DNA of 64,000 nucleotides. Origin: a bacterium (GTDB lineage Bacteria > UBA8248). Position numbers and translations under genes: made by a program. The stretch lies in assembly GCA_965207065.1 (NCBI GenBank), contig OZ242260.1, forward strand, positions 4,288,001 through 4,352,000, given 5' to 3'. Under the pieces are notes generated by a model. That model was not told the DNA's origin. It did not search any database and saw only the letters and a list, made by a program, of their open reading frames with translations. Numbering within the stretch: position 1 is the stretch's first letter; each line of letters begins with the position of its first letter. Positions 55,937 to 64,000 of the stretch are shown here, in pieces.

Positions 55937-58423
55937 ATGACGCGAAAACCCCGAACAACCCGCCCCAGAAGAGGGACCCCACCTCCACAAGCGGGCCTTT
56001 TTCCGCAAGACGGCACCGAACTGACAGGCGCGGTGGAGCGAATTCGCTTCCGCGCGGATGACACCGGCTACACCGTCCTGCTCGTCCAGCCGGACAACGA
56101 GGATTTCCCGCGCGTGGCCGTTGTGGGCTATCTCTCCTCCATCCGCGAGGGCGAGCGCGTGCGCTTCGAGGGCGGCTGGAAGGACCACCCCAGGTTCGGC
56201 CGCCAGTTCCACGCCGATCTCGCGCGTCCTTTGGAGCCTACGACGATCGAGGGAATCGAAAAGTACCTGGCTTCGGGCATCGTGAAGAACATCGGCCCCG
56301 CGCTGGCCAGGAGAATCGTGGCGCGTTTCGGGGAGAAATCTCTCGATATTCTGGACAGCCACCCGGAGCGCCTCATGGAAGTCGCCGGTCTGGGCGCGAA
56401 GAAGCTCGAAGCCATCGTCGAGAGCTGGAAGAGCCAGAGCGAGGTCAAGGAAATCATGCTCTTCCTGCGGCAATACGACGTCCCCCTCCATCTGTCGGAA
56501 AAAATCTTGAGAACCTACGGCGAGGCGTCCATACGGGTACTGCGCGAAGACCCCTTCCGGCTGGCGTCGGAGATTCACGGCGTCGGCTTCAAGAGCGCGG
56601 ACCGCATTGCGCAGAAACTGGGCATCCCGGCGGACTCTCCCAAACGCCTGGCTGCAGGGGCCGTCTACGTGCTCAACCAACTCGCCGAGCGCGAGGGTCA
56701 CTGCTTTCTTCCCTATGGTGATCTGATCGAGACAGCAGCCGAAATGCTCGAGACGGAAGCCGATGCCTTGACACCCGTCCTCGAGAGCCTGGGCCAGGGC
56801 AGCTCGGTGGTGATCGAATCAGCGAACATGGCCGAGAATCTCGCTTCGCCCGAGGGCAAGCGCGTCTACGCACGCCCGCTCTACGCCGCGGAATGCGAGG
56901 TCGCCCGCCGGCTCGCCGCGCTCATCCGCACACCGCGCGACGAGGCGCGCCTCGAGGCCGCCATGCGGGGACAGGGGGCGCCCGGCGCCACGACGAAGGA
57001 GCGCCTGGGCCACCTCGCCCGGCGCGCGCTCGAGGGCGGCATGGCGACCAAAGATCAGGGGGCGGCCATCGAGGGCGCGCTCACGCAGAAGGTGCTCATC
57101 GTCACGGGCGGCCCCGGCACCGGCAAGACGACCATCGTAAGCGCCGTCACGAACCTCTATACGAAACTGGGCCTCCAGGTCATCCTGGGCGCACCCACGG
57201 GACGTGCGGCCAAGCGCCTCTCGGAAGTCACCGGCCACGAGGCGGCCACCATCCACAGATTGCTCGAATACAGCTGGCACTCGGGCGGTTTCACCCGCGA
57301 TGCGGAAAACCCGCTCACGGGCGACATCGTGATCATCGACGAAGCCTCGATGCTCGACGTGCACCTCACAGCCCATCTTCTGCGCGCGGTGCCCGACCCG
57401 GCGACGCTCGTCCTGGTGGGGGACGTGGACCAGCTCCCCTCCGTGGGTCCCGGCAACGTCCTGAGCGACGTCATCACCTCCGATACCCTGCCCGTCGCGC
57501 GGCTCACCGAGGTTTTCCGCCAGGCGCAGGAGAGTCTCATCGTCGAGAACGCCCACCGCGTGAACCGCGGCGAAATGCCCCGAAACGGCAAGGGGGAAAA
57601 AGAAGACGCGCCGCTCGATTACTACTTCATAGAGGAAAGCGAGGCGGAGCGGGGCGCTGACCTCATCATCGAACTGTGCCGCGAGCGCATTCCCGAGCGA
57701 TTCGGCGTCGACGCCATCGCCGATCTCCAGGTCATCTCCCCCATGCAGCGCGGCGTGCTCGGCGTGCAGAGCCTGAACGCCCGCCTACAGGAAGCGCTCA
57801 ACCCTGCCGGAAACGCACCCGCACTCCAGAGCGGAGGCCGCATTTTCCGCACCGGGGACAAGCTCATCCAGGTGCGGAACAACTACGACAAGGACGTGTT
57901 CAACGGCGACATCGGCGTCGTCAAAAGCGTCAAGACCGAAGAGGGCAGCATTCGCGTGGGCTTCGATTCGAACGTCGTCGAATACACGCGTAGCGCGCTC
58001 GATGAGGTGATGCACGCCTACGCCATCACCGTTCACAAGAGCCAGGGCAGCGAATACCCCGCCGTCGTCATTCCGCTCCACACCCAGCATTTTCCGATGC
58101 TGCAGAGAAACCTCGTCTACACCGCGCTCACGCGCGCAAAGCGTCTGGCGGTGTTCGTCGGATCGAAAAAGGCGCTCGGGATGGCGATTGGAAACGCGCG
58201 CGTGAGAAGAAGGTGGAGCGGTCTGCCCGAAAGAATCCGCCGCGAGGCGAATCTCGCCCCGCTCCTCAGGGAGCCCTCCTCTGCCCCGCAGGAGGCAGAA
58301 GCCGATGAGGCGCAATTCACCGAAGACGCCCCGCCGGATGCCCTGTATGAAGATGAAGCGACCGAGGGCGGCGGGGACCCCTCATCCGATGACGAACTGA
58401 CCTACCACCCCGTGGATGAGTAG
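55937..58423 (+). CDS. recD2: ATP-dependent RecD-like (RecD2) helicase
   Basis: N-terminal OB and HhH regions, GGPGTGKTT, DEASM, GDVDQLPSVG, HKSQGSE, YTALTRAK; acidic tail. Confidence 0.96.
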   Translation: MTRKPRTTRPRRGTPPPQAGLFPQDGTELTGAVERIRFRADDTGYTVLLVQPDNEDFPRVAVVGYLSSIREGERVRFEGGWKDHPRFGRQFHADLARPLEPTTIEGIEKYLASGIVKNIGPALARRIVARFGEKSLDILDSHPERLMEVAGLGAKKLEAIVESWKSQSEVKEIMLFLRQYDVPLHLSEKILRTYGEASIRVLREDPFRLASEIHGVGFKSADRIAQKLGIPADSPKRLAAGAVYVLNQLAEREGHCFLPYGDLIETAAEMLETEADALTPVLESLGQGSSVVIESANMAENLASPEGKRVYARPLYAAECEVARRLAALIRTPRDEARLEAAMRGQGAPGATTKERLGHLARRALEGGMATKDQGAAIEGALTQKVLIVTGGPGTGKTTIVSAVTNLYTKLGLQVILGAPTGRAAKRLSEVTGHEAATIHRLLEYSWHSGGFTRDAENPLTGDIVIIDEASMLDVHLTAHLLRAVPDPATLVLVGDVDQLPSVGPGNVLSDVITSDTLPVARLTEVFRQAQESLIVENAHRVNRGEMPRNGKGEKEDAPLDYYFIEESEAERGADLIIELCRERIPERFGVDAIADLQVISPMQRGVLGVQSLNARLQEALNPAGNAPALQSGGRIFRTGDKLIQVRNNYDKDVFNGDIGVVKSVKTEEGSIRVGFDSNVVEYTRSALDEVMHAYAITVHKSQGSEYPAVVIPLHTQHFPMLQRNLVYTALTRAKRLAVFVGSKKALGMAIGNARVRRRWSGLPERIRREANLAPLLREPSSAPQEAEADEAQFTEDAPPDALYEDEATEGGGDPSSDDELTYHPVDE

Positions 58424-58440
58424 CGGAGGTTCGCCGCAAC

Positions 58441-58465
58441 AAAAAAACCTGTCCCGGAAGACAGG
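58441..58465 (-). terminator. Intrinsic terminator, cassette 1
   Basis: CCTGTC/GACAGG hairpin plus T7 on the minus strand; equivalents at 58954-58976 and 59381-59400. Confidence 0.7.
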
Positions 58466-58491
58466 GGCGGTATGGCTTGTGGGAAACGCTT

Positions 58492-58770
58492 TTACTTCGC
58501 TGTCCGTTCGATGAGGGTCTTGAGGGCGATCATGGACCCTTCATGGTTTTTCATGTTTTCCTCATGTTTCTTCATGTTTTCTTCGTGCTTCTTCATGTTT
58601 TCGGCATGATTTTTCATGACCTCATCATGGCGTCTCGCGCTTTCCCTTTCCCTCAATTCCGAGGCACGGCTCATCTGCCTGAGGCCCATCAAGATGAGGG
58701 CGCACTGCGCTAGACCGATGAGGGACTGCACGGCGTAGAACCCGAGCGTCGCGATCTGAAATGTCGTCAT
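58492..58770 (-). CDS. Small membrane-anchored coiled-coil protein, copy 1 (92 aa)
   Basis: MTTFQIATLGFY...ALKTLIERTAK; GAGG SD; promoter TTGCGG-N17-TAGTAT; 21-bp internal repeats. Confidence 0.8.
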   Translation of the reverse strand: MTTFQIATLGFYAVQSLIGLAQCALILMGLRQMSRASELRERESARRHDEVMKNHAENMKKHEENMKKHEENMKNHEGSMIALKTLIERTAK

Positions 58771-59000
58771 TGCTTCTTCCTCGCGGGTCCGTTGTTTTCG
58801 CTCTGCGGACACCATGGCCTCGCGTTCCATGGCCCGCAAGCTCAGACAAAATACTAGTCCCTTTTCCGTTCCCCCGCAAGATTCGGACTATTAGTAATAA
58901 CGATTTGACCTACCACCCAGTGGATGAGTAGGGGAGGTTTGACGCAACAAAAAGCCCCGTCCCGGAGGACAGGGGCGAAATGGCTGGTGGTAGGCGAGGG

Positions 59001-59195
59001 TTACTTCGCAGTCCGTTCGATGAGCGCCTTGAGCGCGGTCATCGACTCCTCATGTCGCCTTGCGCTATCTTTTTCTCTCAATTCCGTGGCGCGGCTCATC
59101 TGCTTCAAGCCCATCAAGATGAGCAGGCACTGCGCGAGGCCGATCAAGGACTGGATAGCGTAGAACCCGAGCGACGCGATTTGAAATGTCGTCAT
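59001..59195 (-). CDS. Small membrane-anchored coiled-coil protein, copy 2 (64 aa)
   Basis: Paralogue of copy 1; promoter TTGCGA-N17-TAGTGT. Confidence 0.8.
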   Translation of the reverse strand: MTTFQIASLGFYAIQSLIGLAQCLLILMGLKQMSRATELREKDSARRHEESMTALKALIERTAK

Positions 59196-59425
59196 TTCAT
59201 TTTCCTCACGGGTCTCTTGTTATCACCCGGCGAATTCCATGGCCTCGAATCCCATGGTCCGCAACCCTGGGTAAAACACTATCCCCTATCGCGCTCAATC
59301 GCAAGATTCGGACTTTTAGTGATAACGATTTGACCTACCACCCCGTGGATGAGTAGGGGAGGTTTGACGCAACAAAAAGACCCCGTCCCGGAGGACGGGG
59401 CTGGATAGGTGTTGGGATGCGGAGG

Positions 59426-59653
59426 CTACTTCGCTGTTCTCTCGATGAGCGCCTTGAGCGCCGTCATCGACTCGGCATGTTTTTCGGCATGATTATTCAT
59501 GGCCTCCTCATGCCGCCTCGCGCTCTCTCTTTCCCTCAATTCCGAGGCGCGGCTCATCTGCCTGAGGCCCATCAAGATGAGGGCGCACTGCGCGAGGCCG
59601 ATGAGGGACTGTATGGCGTAGAACCCGAGCGTCGCGATTTGAAACGTCGTCAT
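59426..59653 (-). CDS. Small membrane-anchored coiled-coil protein, copy 3 (75 aa)
   Basis: Paralogue of copy 1; promoter TTGCGG-N17-TAGAGT. Confidence 0.8.
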   Translation of the reverse strand: MTTFQIATLGFYAIQSLIGLAQCALILMGLRQMSRASELRERESARRHEEAMNNHAEKHAESMTALKALIERTAK

Positions 59654-59782
59654 TGCTTCTTCCTCGCGGGTCCATAGTTTTTTCCCTGCGGAACGCCATA
59701 GCCTCGCGCTCCATGGCCCGCAATCCTGGATAAAACTCTATCCCCTTTCGCGCTCAACCGCAAGATTCGGGCCTGCTGCAAC

Positions 59783-60811
59783 TTACGGCTTCAGCACCAC
59801 CTTAAGCGACTCCCCCGCTTCGGCGACGAGGCGGAAGCCCTCCTGCGCCTGCTCGAGCGGGAGCCTGTGGGTGATCATCTCCTCGGCATCGATGCGTCCG
59901 GTGCTGATGAGCGCAAGCGCTTCTTCCAGATCGAGCGGAGCCGCGCCGTATGTGGTGGTGAGGGCGATCTGCTCGCTCCAGATCCGGTTCAAATCCATCG
60001 CGGGGCGGTAGCCCGGCGGCGTGGGAGCGAAAAGTTGCAGGACGCCGCACGTCGCCACGCTTGCCAGAGCCGTCTCCAAGGCCTCTGGCGCGCCGGCGCA
60101 CAGGACGACACGATCCGCCAGACGACCGTCGTTCGCCTCCCGCAAGGCTTCGGCCATATCCTCACACGGAGGCAGTGCGTGCGCGCCGAACCGCTCGACG
60201 GCTTTCAGGCGGTAAGGAGAGATGTCCGTCGCGAAAACAGGGCCCGCGCCCAACAGGCGCGCCGCCTGCACGTGCAGAAGGCCGGACATACCGCTCCCCA
60301 CCACGAGGACGCTCAGGCCCGGCATCATCCGGAAGCGCCGCCAGCCGCGCAGTACGCAACCCATCGGCTCAATGAGCACGCCCGCATCGTCGGACACTCC
60401 ATCGGGCAGGCGGAACGCGCCCCGCTCCACGTTGATGGCCGGCAGACGGATGAACTCGGCGAAACCGCCGGGGTCGAAATTCGTAGATTTCAGCATCTCA
60501 CAAGCCGTGTGGTCGCCGCGTAAACAAAGCGCGCATCGGTTGCACGGCACGTGGTGGGTGACGCAGACGCGGTCGCCGACGCAAAAGCCATCCACCCCCT
60601 CGCCCGCCTCTGCCACGACGCCCGTCACCTCGTGGCCCAGAACCCGCGGCGCGCTCCCCACCCGGTACCACTCCATGACGTCGCTTCCGCAGATGCCGCT
60701 CGCGCGCGTCTCAACCAGAAGCTCACCCGCACCGGCGCGGGGTTTTTCCACTTCCTCGATCCGCACGTCGTCGTTTCGATAATAGACCGCCGCTCGCATG
60801 GTGTCAGGCAT
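59783..60811 (-). CDS. Zinc-dependent (MDR family) dehydrogenase
   Basis: GICGSD, LGHE, CNRCALC...C structural Zn site, VGSGMSG, ITHRLPL. Confidence 0.92.
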   Translation of the reverse strand: MPDTMRAAVYYRNDDVRIEEVEKPRAGAGELLVETRASGICGSDVMEWYRVGSAPRVLGHEVTGVVAEAGEGVDGFCVGDRVCVTHHVPCNRCALCLRGDHTACEMLKSTNFDPGGFAEFIRLPAINVERGAFRLPDGVSDDAGVLIEPMGCVLRGWRRFRMMPGLSVLVVGSGMSGLLHVQAARLLGAGPVFATDISPYRLKAVERFGAHALPPCEDMAEALREANDGRLADRVVLCAGAPEALETALASVATCGVLQLFAPTPPGYRPAMDLNRIWSEQIALTTTYGAAPLDLEEALALISTGRIDAEEMITHRLPLEQAQEGFRLVAEAGESLKVVLKP

Positions 60812-60840
60812 GATAATGCTTCCCGGGTTACGCGCAGACT

Positions 60841-61731
60841 TCAATCCGTGAGGGGCGCAACGCTCAAATCCTCGAACATCTCATAGGCGGCGTCGGGGCT
60901 CAGGTCTTCATGCACGACGGCGCGAACCGCCCGGATCATGGCGACCGGATGCGCGCTCTGGAAGATGTTCCGGCCCATGTCCACGCCCACCGCTCCCTCA
61001 TCGATGGCCCGGCGGCAGAATGCGAGCGCCTCGCGCTCGGGGACCTTCTTGCCCCCCGCGATGACGATGGGCGCGAAACAACCGCGCACCACGCGCTCAA
61101 AACCCTCGCAGTAGTAGGTCTTGACGACGTCCGCCCCGTGCTCGGCCGCGATGCGCGTCGCAAGACCCAGATAGCGGGCGTCGCGCGTCATCTCCTTGCC
61201 CACCGCCGTGATGCCCAAGACGATCAGACCCTCCCGGCGGCCCTCGTCGCTCATGCGGGCGAGGTTCAGGATGGATTCTTTCTGGTAGCGCGCGCCCACG
61301 TAGACCGACACCGAAACGCCCGCCACGCCAAGGCGCGCCGCCTCCGCCGCCGAGACTGTGATGGACTCGTTCGAGAGTTCGCGGTTCACGATTTCATCGG
61401 CGATTTGCCCTCTCAGCGCCTCGCGCGCCGTCTCATCCGCAAGGCCCGCCGACCGGATGCTCAACTCGCGCTCAAGCTCCACGGGGTCTGAATAGACGAT
61501 GGCGTTTCCGCCCGATGCCCGGAGAATTACGGGCGTCTTGCTCTCTGGCGGCATGCAGCGCAGGAAGACGCCCTTCGTGGGACTGACCGCGTCGCACCAG
61601 GCCAACAGGGGTTCGACCGTCTTCCCCGGTTCTTCGAGGCCCGAGGTCGGCCCCTGGAAATAGCCGTGGTCCACCGCCAGCATGACGATGCGCCCCGTCT
61701 TCTCGTTCATGATTTTCATATGGTCAGACAT
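60841..61731 (-). CDS. lsrF: LsrF-like class I aldolase/thiolase
   Basis: MLAVDHGYFQGPT, TAVGKEMTRD, VKTYY, IAGGKK, GVDMGRNIFQS. Confidence 0.85.
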   Translation of the reverse strand: MSDHMKIMNEKTGRIVMLAVDHGYFQGPTSGLEEPGKTVEPLLAWCDAVSPTKGVFLRCMPPESKTPVILRASGGNAIVYSDPVELERELSIRSAGLADETAREALRGQIADEIVNRELSNESITVSAAEAARLGVAGVSVSVYVGARYQKESILNLARMSDEGRREGLIVLGITAVGKEMTRDARYLGLATRIAAEHGADVVKTYYCEGFERVVRGCFAPIVIAGGKKVPEREALAFCRRAIDEGAVGVDMGRNIFQSAHPVAMIRAVRAVVHEDLSPDAAYEMFEDLSVAPLTD

Positions 61732-61796
61732 TTTATGGCTCTCCGGCGGGACGAGCCGCGCTGAAAAAGATGGAACGGGCGAGAGTCACTTGATAC

Positions 61797-62786
61797 TCAT
61801 ACATCCGGTGCATTCTCCGGCGGGAGCGGCGGGCCGCCCTTGTAGAAGACGCGCGCCATCACGTAGTTTTTCGCCGTGAAATCCTCATCCCCCTTATCCT
61901 CGGCCACCGCGCGCTTCAGGATGTTGAACTTCGCATCCATGTCGTCCGCGTAGTGGAGCAGGAGCGCCTCCGCCGACATGGGAACCTTCACCGTGCCCCA
62001 GTCGGGCTGGCCCTGATGCGAGAGGATGAGGTGTTCGAGATGCAGCAGGAAATCCTCGGGCAGCGCCTCGCCTTCTGGGAATACACCCTCGCGCCCCGCC
62101 CACTCGCGGACGATGTCGCGCCCCAGCACGATATGGCCGAGGAGACGGCCGGCGGCGGTGTAGTGCGTGGCGCCCTCGGTGGAGAGTTCCTCCAGTTTAC
62201 CGATGTCGTGCAGGAGCGCGCCCGCGACGAGTAAATCCTTCGAGACGTCGTATTTATCCGCCAGATACAGGCACGTCTTCGTGACTGAGAGGGTGTGCTC
62301 CAGCAGGCCGCCCAGGTAGGGATGGTGAATGCGCTGGGCGGCGGGCCACTCGCGGAATTTCTCCTCATAGGCATCCAGGATGGCGGTGAGATAGGCGGCC
62401 ACGAGCGGGTGGCAGCCGCCCGCGATGCGCTTCGCCTCCTCCCACATGACGTCGATGTCATACGGCGTGCGCTGCACGCAGTCCTCGGGCTTGAAGCCGC
62501 TCTCATAATCCTGCTCGTTCACCCGGCGGACGCGATCCACACGAAGCTGCAGACGGCCCTGGTAGTTCTCGCCCGCGGCGCGCACCTTGACGAAATCGCC
62601 CGCCCCAATCGCGCCCTGCACCTGAGTGGCCGGCTCCCAGACCTTGGCGGGAACCTCGCCCGTGGCGTCTTCGAGCGTCAGATCGAGATACTCCCGGCCC
62701 GCGCGGCTCTGGCGCGCCTCGTATTCCCGGATTTTGAAAAAAGCATCGAACCGCTCGCCTTCTTTCAGCGTCGCAATGTTGGCCAC
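61797..62786 (-). CDS. yhaM: YhaM/Cbf1-family 3'-5' exonuclease (OB + HD)
   Basis: LEDATG...AKVW OB fold, PAAQRIHH..GGLLEH, LHDIGK, GHI, SHQG; start placed at GTG 62786. Confidence 0.88.
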   Translation of the reverse strand: MANIATLKEGERFDAFFKIREYEARQSRAGREYLDLTLEDATGEVPAKVWEPATQVQGAIGAGDFVKVRAAGENYQGRLQLRVDRVRRVNEQDYESGFKPEDCVQRTPYDIDVMWEEAKRIAGGCHPLVAAYLTAILDAYEEKFREWPAAQRIHHPYLGGLLEHTLSVTKTCLYLADKYDVSKDLLVAGALLHDIGKLEELSTEGATHYTAAGRLLGHIVLGRDIVREWAGREGVFPEGEALPEDFLLHLEHLILSHQGQPDWGTVKVPMSAEALLLHYADDMDAKFNILKRAVAEDKGDEDFTAKNYVMARVFYKGGPPLPPENAPDV

Positions 62787-63172
62787 GAATACGCTCCCGA
62801 ACCAAGAAAGGAATATGAACACGCGCGAAATAAACGCGAGGCTTTATTGTAGGGGCAAGGAGGCTTAAGCCGCAATGAAAGGCGCTTTTATACGAGCGAA
62901 ACGCGTAAACCGTCCCGTAGGGTAATCCCGAAAATGGGTATTGGCGTGCTCCTGCGCCCGCCCAGTCGATGCGATTTTTGAAATCACTCCCGCTTGAGGG
63001 TCAGGCCAGGCCCGGCGGCAAGACGAGAACGCCAGTCCGAAGTCACTGCCCTTACGAAACTCACCAAAAGCGCCTTGTGTGGATCAAGAACGGCGGCCGG
63101 CCCGCTCATTCACCCACTCGCGTCACCCGGGGAGCGAAACGGAGCCGGAATCCCCGTAAAGCGCCCCGCCCT

Positions 63173-63424
63173 TCAGATCATCCCGCCGACGAAACCCTGC
63201 TTGCGGGTTCTGGCGACCGGCTCGATAAGCGCTCTTTTGGAGCGGCATTCCCGGCAGCGCAGGAGGGGTTCCAAGTCTTCGACGCGCATTCCCCGGTGCA
63301 CCTTTCCCGTTTCCGGCTTGGCGAGGAGTTCGGCGGGCTCCAGTATCTTCTCCCGGCCGCAGGCCTCGCACACCACGATGAAATACCAGTCTCCCTCGGC
63401 GTAATCGCCCAAAAGAAGCGCCAT
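63173..63424 (-). CDS. Small Zn-ribbon-like protein (83 aa)
   Basis: CEAC and CREC pairs; ATG overlaps the upstream stop (TAATG). Confidence 0.7.
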   Translation of the reverse strand: MALLLGDYAEGDWYFIVVCEACGREKILEPAELLAKPETGKVHRGMRVEDLEPLLRCRECRSKRALIEPVARTRKQGFVGGMI

Positions 63425-64000
63425 TACTGGAAATCCTCCAGCCGGGGAATGCGGCCGTAGGCGATCTTGGCCCCCGCGTAGCCGCCCGGAGGGGCACACC
63501 CGCCGTAGCCGACGAGGGTGCGCGCGTAGCGGCTATTGATCGAGTCGACGGCGGCGTTCAGCCTCATCAGCCTGGGCCTTTCGTCCGGCTCGCCGAGAGG
63601 CAGTTCGAGCTGCATCTCGTCCGAGGGAATGAACCTGTCGAACGAGACGGCGATCCGGAACAGGGCGGCCCGGCCCCGCGCCCTGGCGAGCGCGGCCCAC
63701 AGCTCCGAGAGGGCGCCCAGGCAGGTGAGATCGTCGTTCGCTCTCGCGACGATCGTCGAGGCCGTCCAGGCGGGCGCATCGAGACACTCGGCCGAGAGGC
63801 CGAGCCTGCGGGCGAGGAACCCCTCCCGGCGCAGGCGACGGGCCGCCTTCACCACCAGTTGCCTGGCCATCGGCCGGGCGGCCTTCACGCTGCGCTCCCC
63901 CGGAGGCAGGACCCGGCCATGGCCTATCGAGCCGCGCTTCGTCATCGGCGGCTCCACGGCGTAGCCGTGGAGGGCGTACCAAAAACGCGCGCCGGTCACG
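63424..64000 (-). CDS. Y-family DNA polymerase (DinB/UmuC-like), 3' part
   Basis: SIGHGRVL, KAARRLRR little-finger region, QLELPL clamp-binding-like motif, AVDSINSRY, KIAYGRIP; runs off the window. Confidence 0.82.
   Translation of the reverse strand, partial: VTGARFWYALHGYAVEPPMTKRGSIGHGRVLPPGERSVKAARPMARQLVVKAARRLRREGFLARRLGLSAECLDAPAWTASTIVARANDDLTCLGALSELWAALARARGRAALFRIAVSFDRFIPSDEMQLELPLGEPDERPRLMRLNAAVDSINSRYARTLVGYGGCAPPGGYAGAKIAYGRIPRLEDFQ

Larger units (their letters stand above)
58398..59770. repeat. Tandem array of three diverged expression cassettes
   Basis: Units start with TGACCTACCACCC(C/A)GTGGATGAGTAG at 58398, 58906 and 59331 and run to GCAAGATTCGG at 58876, 59301 and 59760. 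Confidence 0.92.

Noticed and set aside
58398-59356. 26-bp direct repeats as a CRISPR array
   Set aside because: The intervening sequences are 400-480 bp, homologous to each other and protein-coding; no cas genes.

Overview
This is a GC-rich bacterial chromosome segment, mostly housekeeping genes: valS-birA-coaX; ffh-rpsP-rimM-trmD-rplS...rnhB-yraN; def-fmt-rsmB-PASTA-rpe; rpsB-tsf-pyrH-frr-uppS-cdsA-dxr-pgpA-cinA-thpR-recA; rplM-rpsI-argC-argJ; dnaE-lipB-exbBD; mutL-guaB-guaA; mazG-recD2; yhaM-lsrF. The gene order resembles Deltaproteobacteria/Nitrospinota-type genomes (inference only). Several accessory elements stand out. (1) A complete AT-rich 4001-bp IS1595-family element (6756-10756) has perfect 24-bp terminal inverted repeats and an 8-bp target duplication. 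It carries several passenger ORFs, a candidate ~136-nt rod-like structured RNA and a pair of fully overlapping antiparallel ORFs. (2) A tandem array of three self-contained promoter-leader-ORF-terminator cassettes follows recD2 (58398-59770). Each cassette starts with a copy of the recD2 3' end and encodes a small membrane-anchored coiled-coil protein whose length differs only by 7- or 11-residue modules. A fourth paralogue lies in a nest of MITE/REP-like repeats at 15.8-17.1 kb. (3) Also present are a decayed vapBC module, a structured guaB leader, a PopZ/RomR-like C-terminus upstream of valS, an autotransporter-like surface protein and a Y-family polymerase coupled to a small Zn-ribbon protein. 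No rRNA, tRNA or CRISPR array was recognised. All calls come from reading the sequence; no searches were run.
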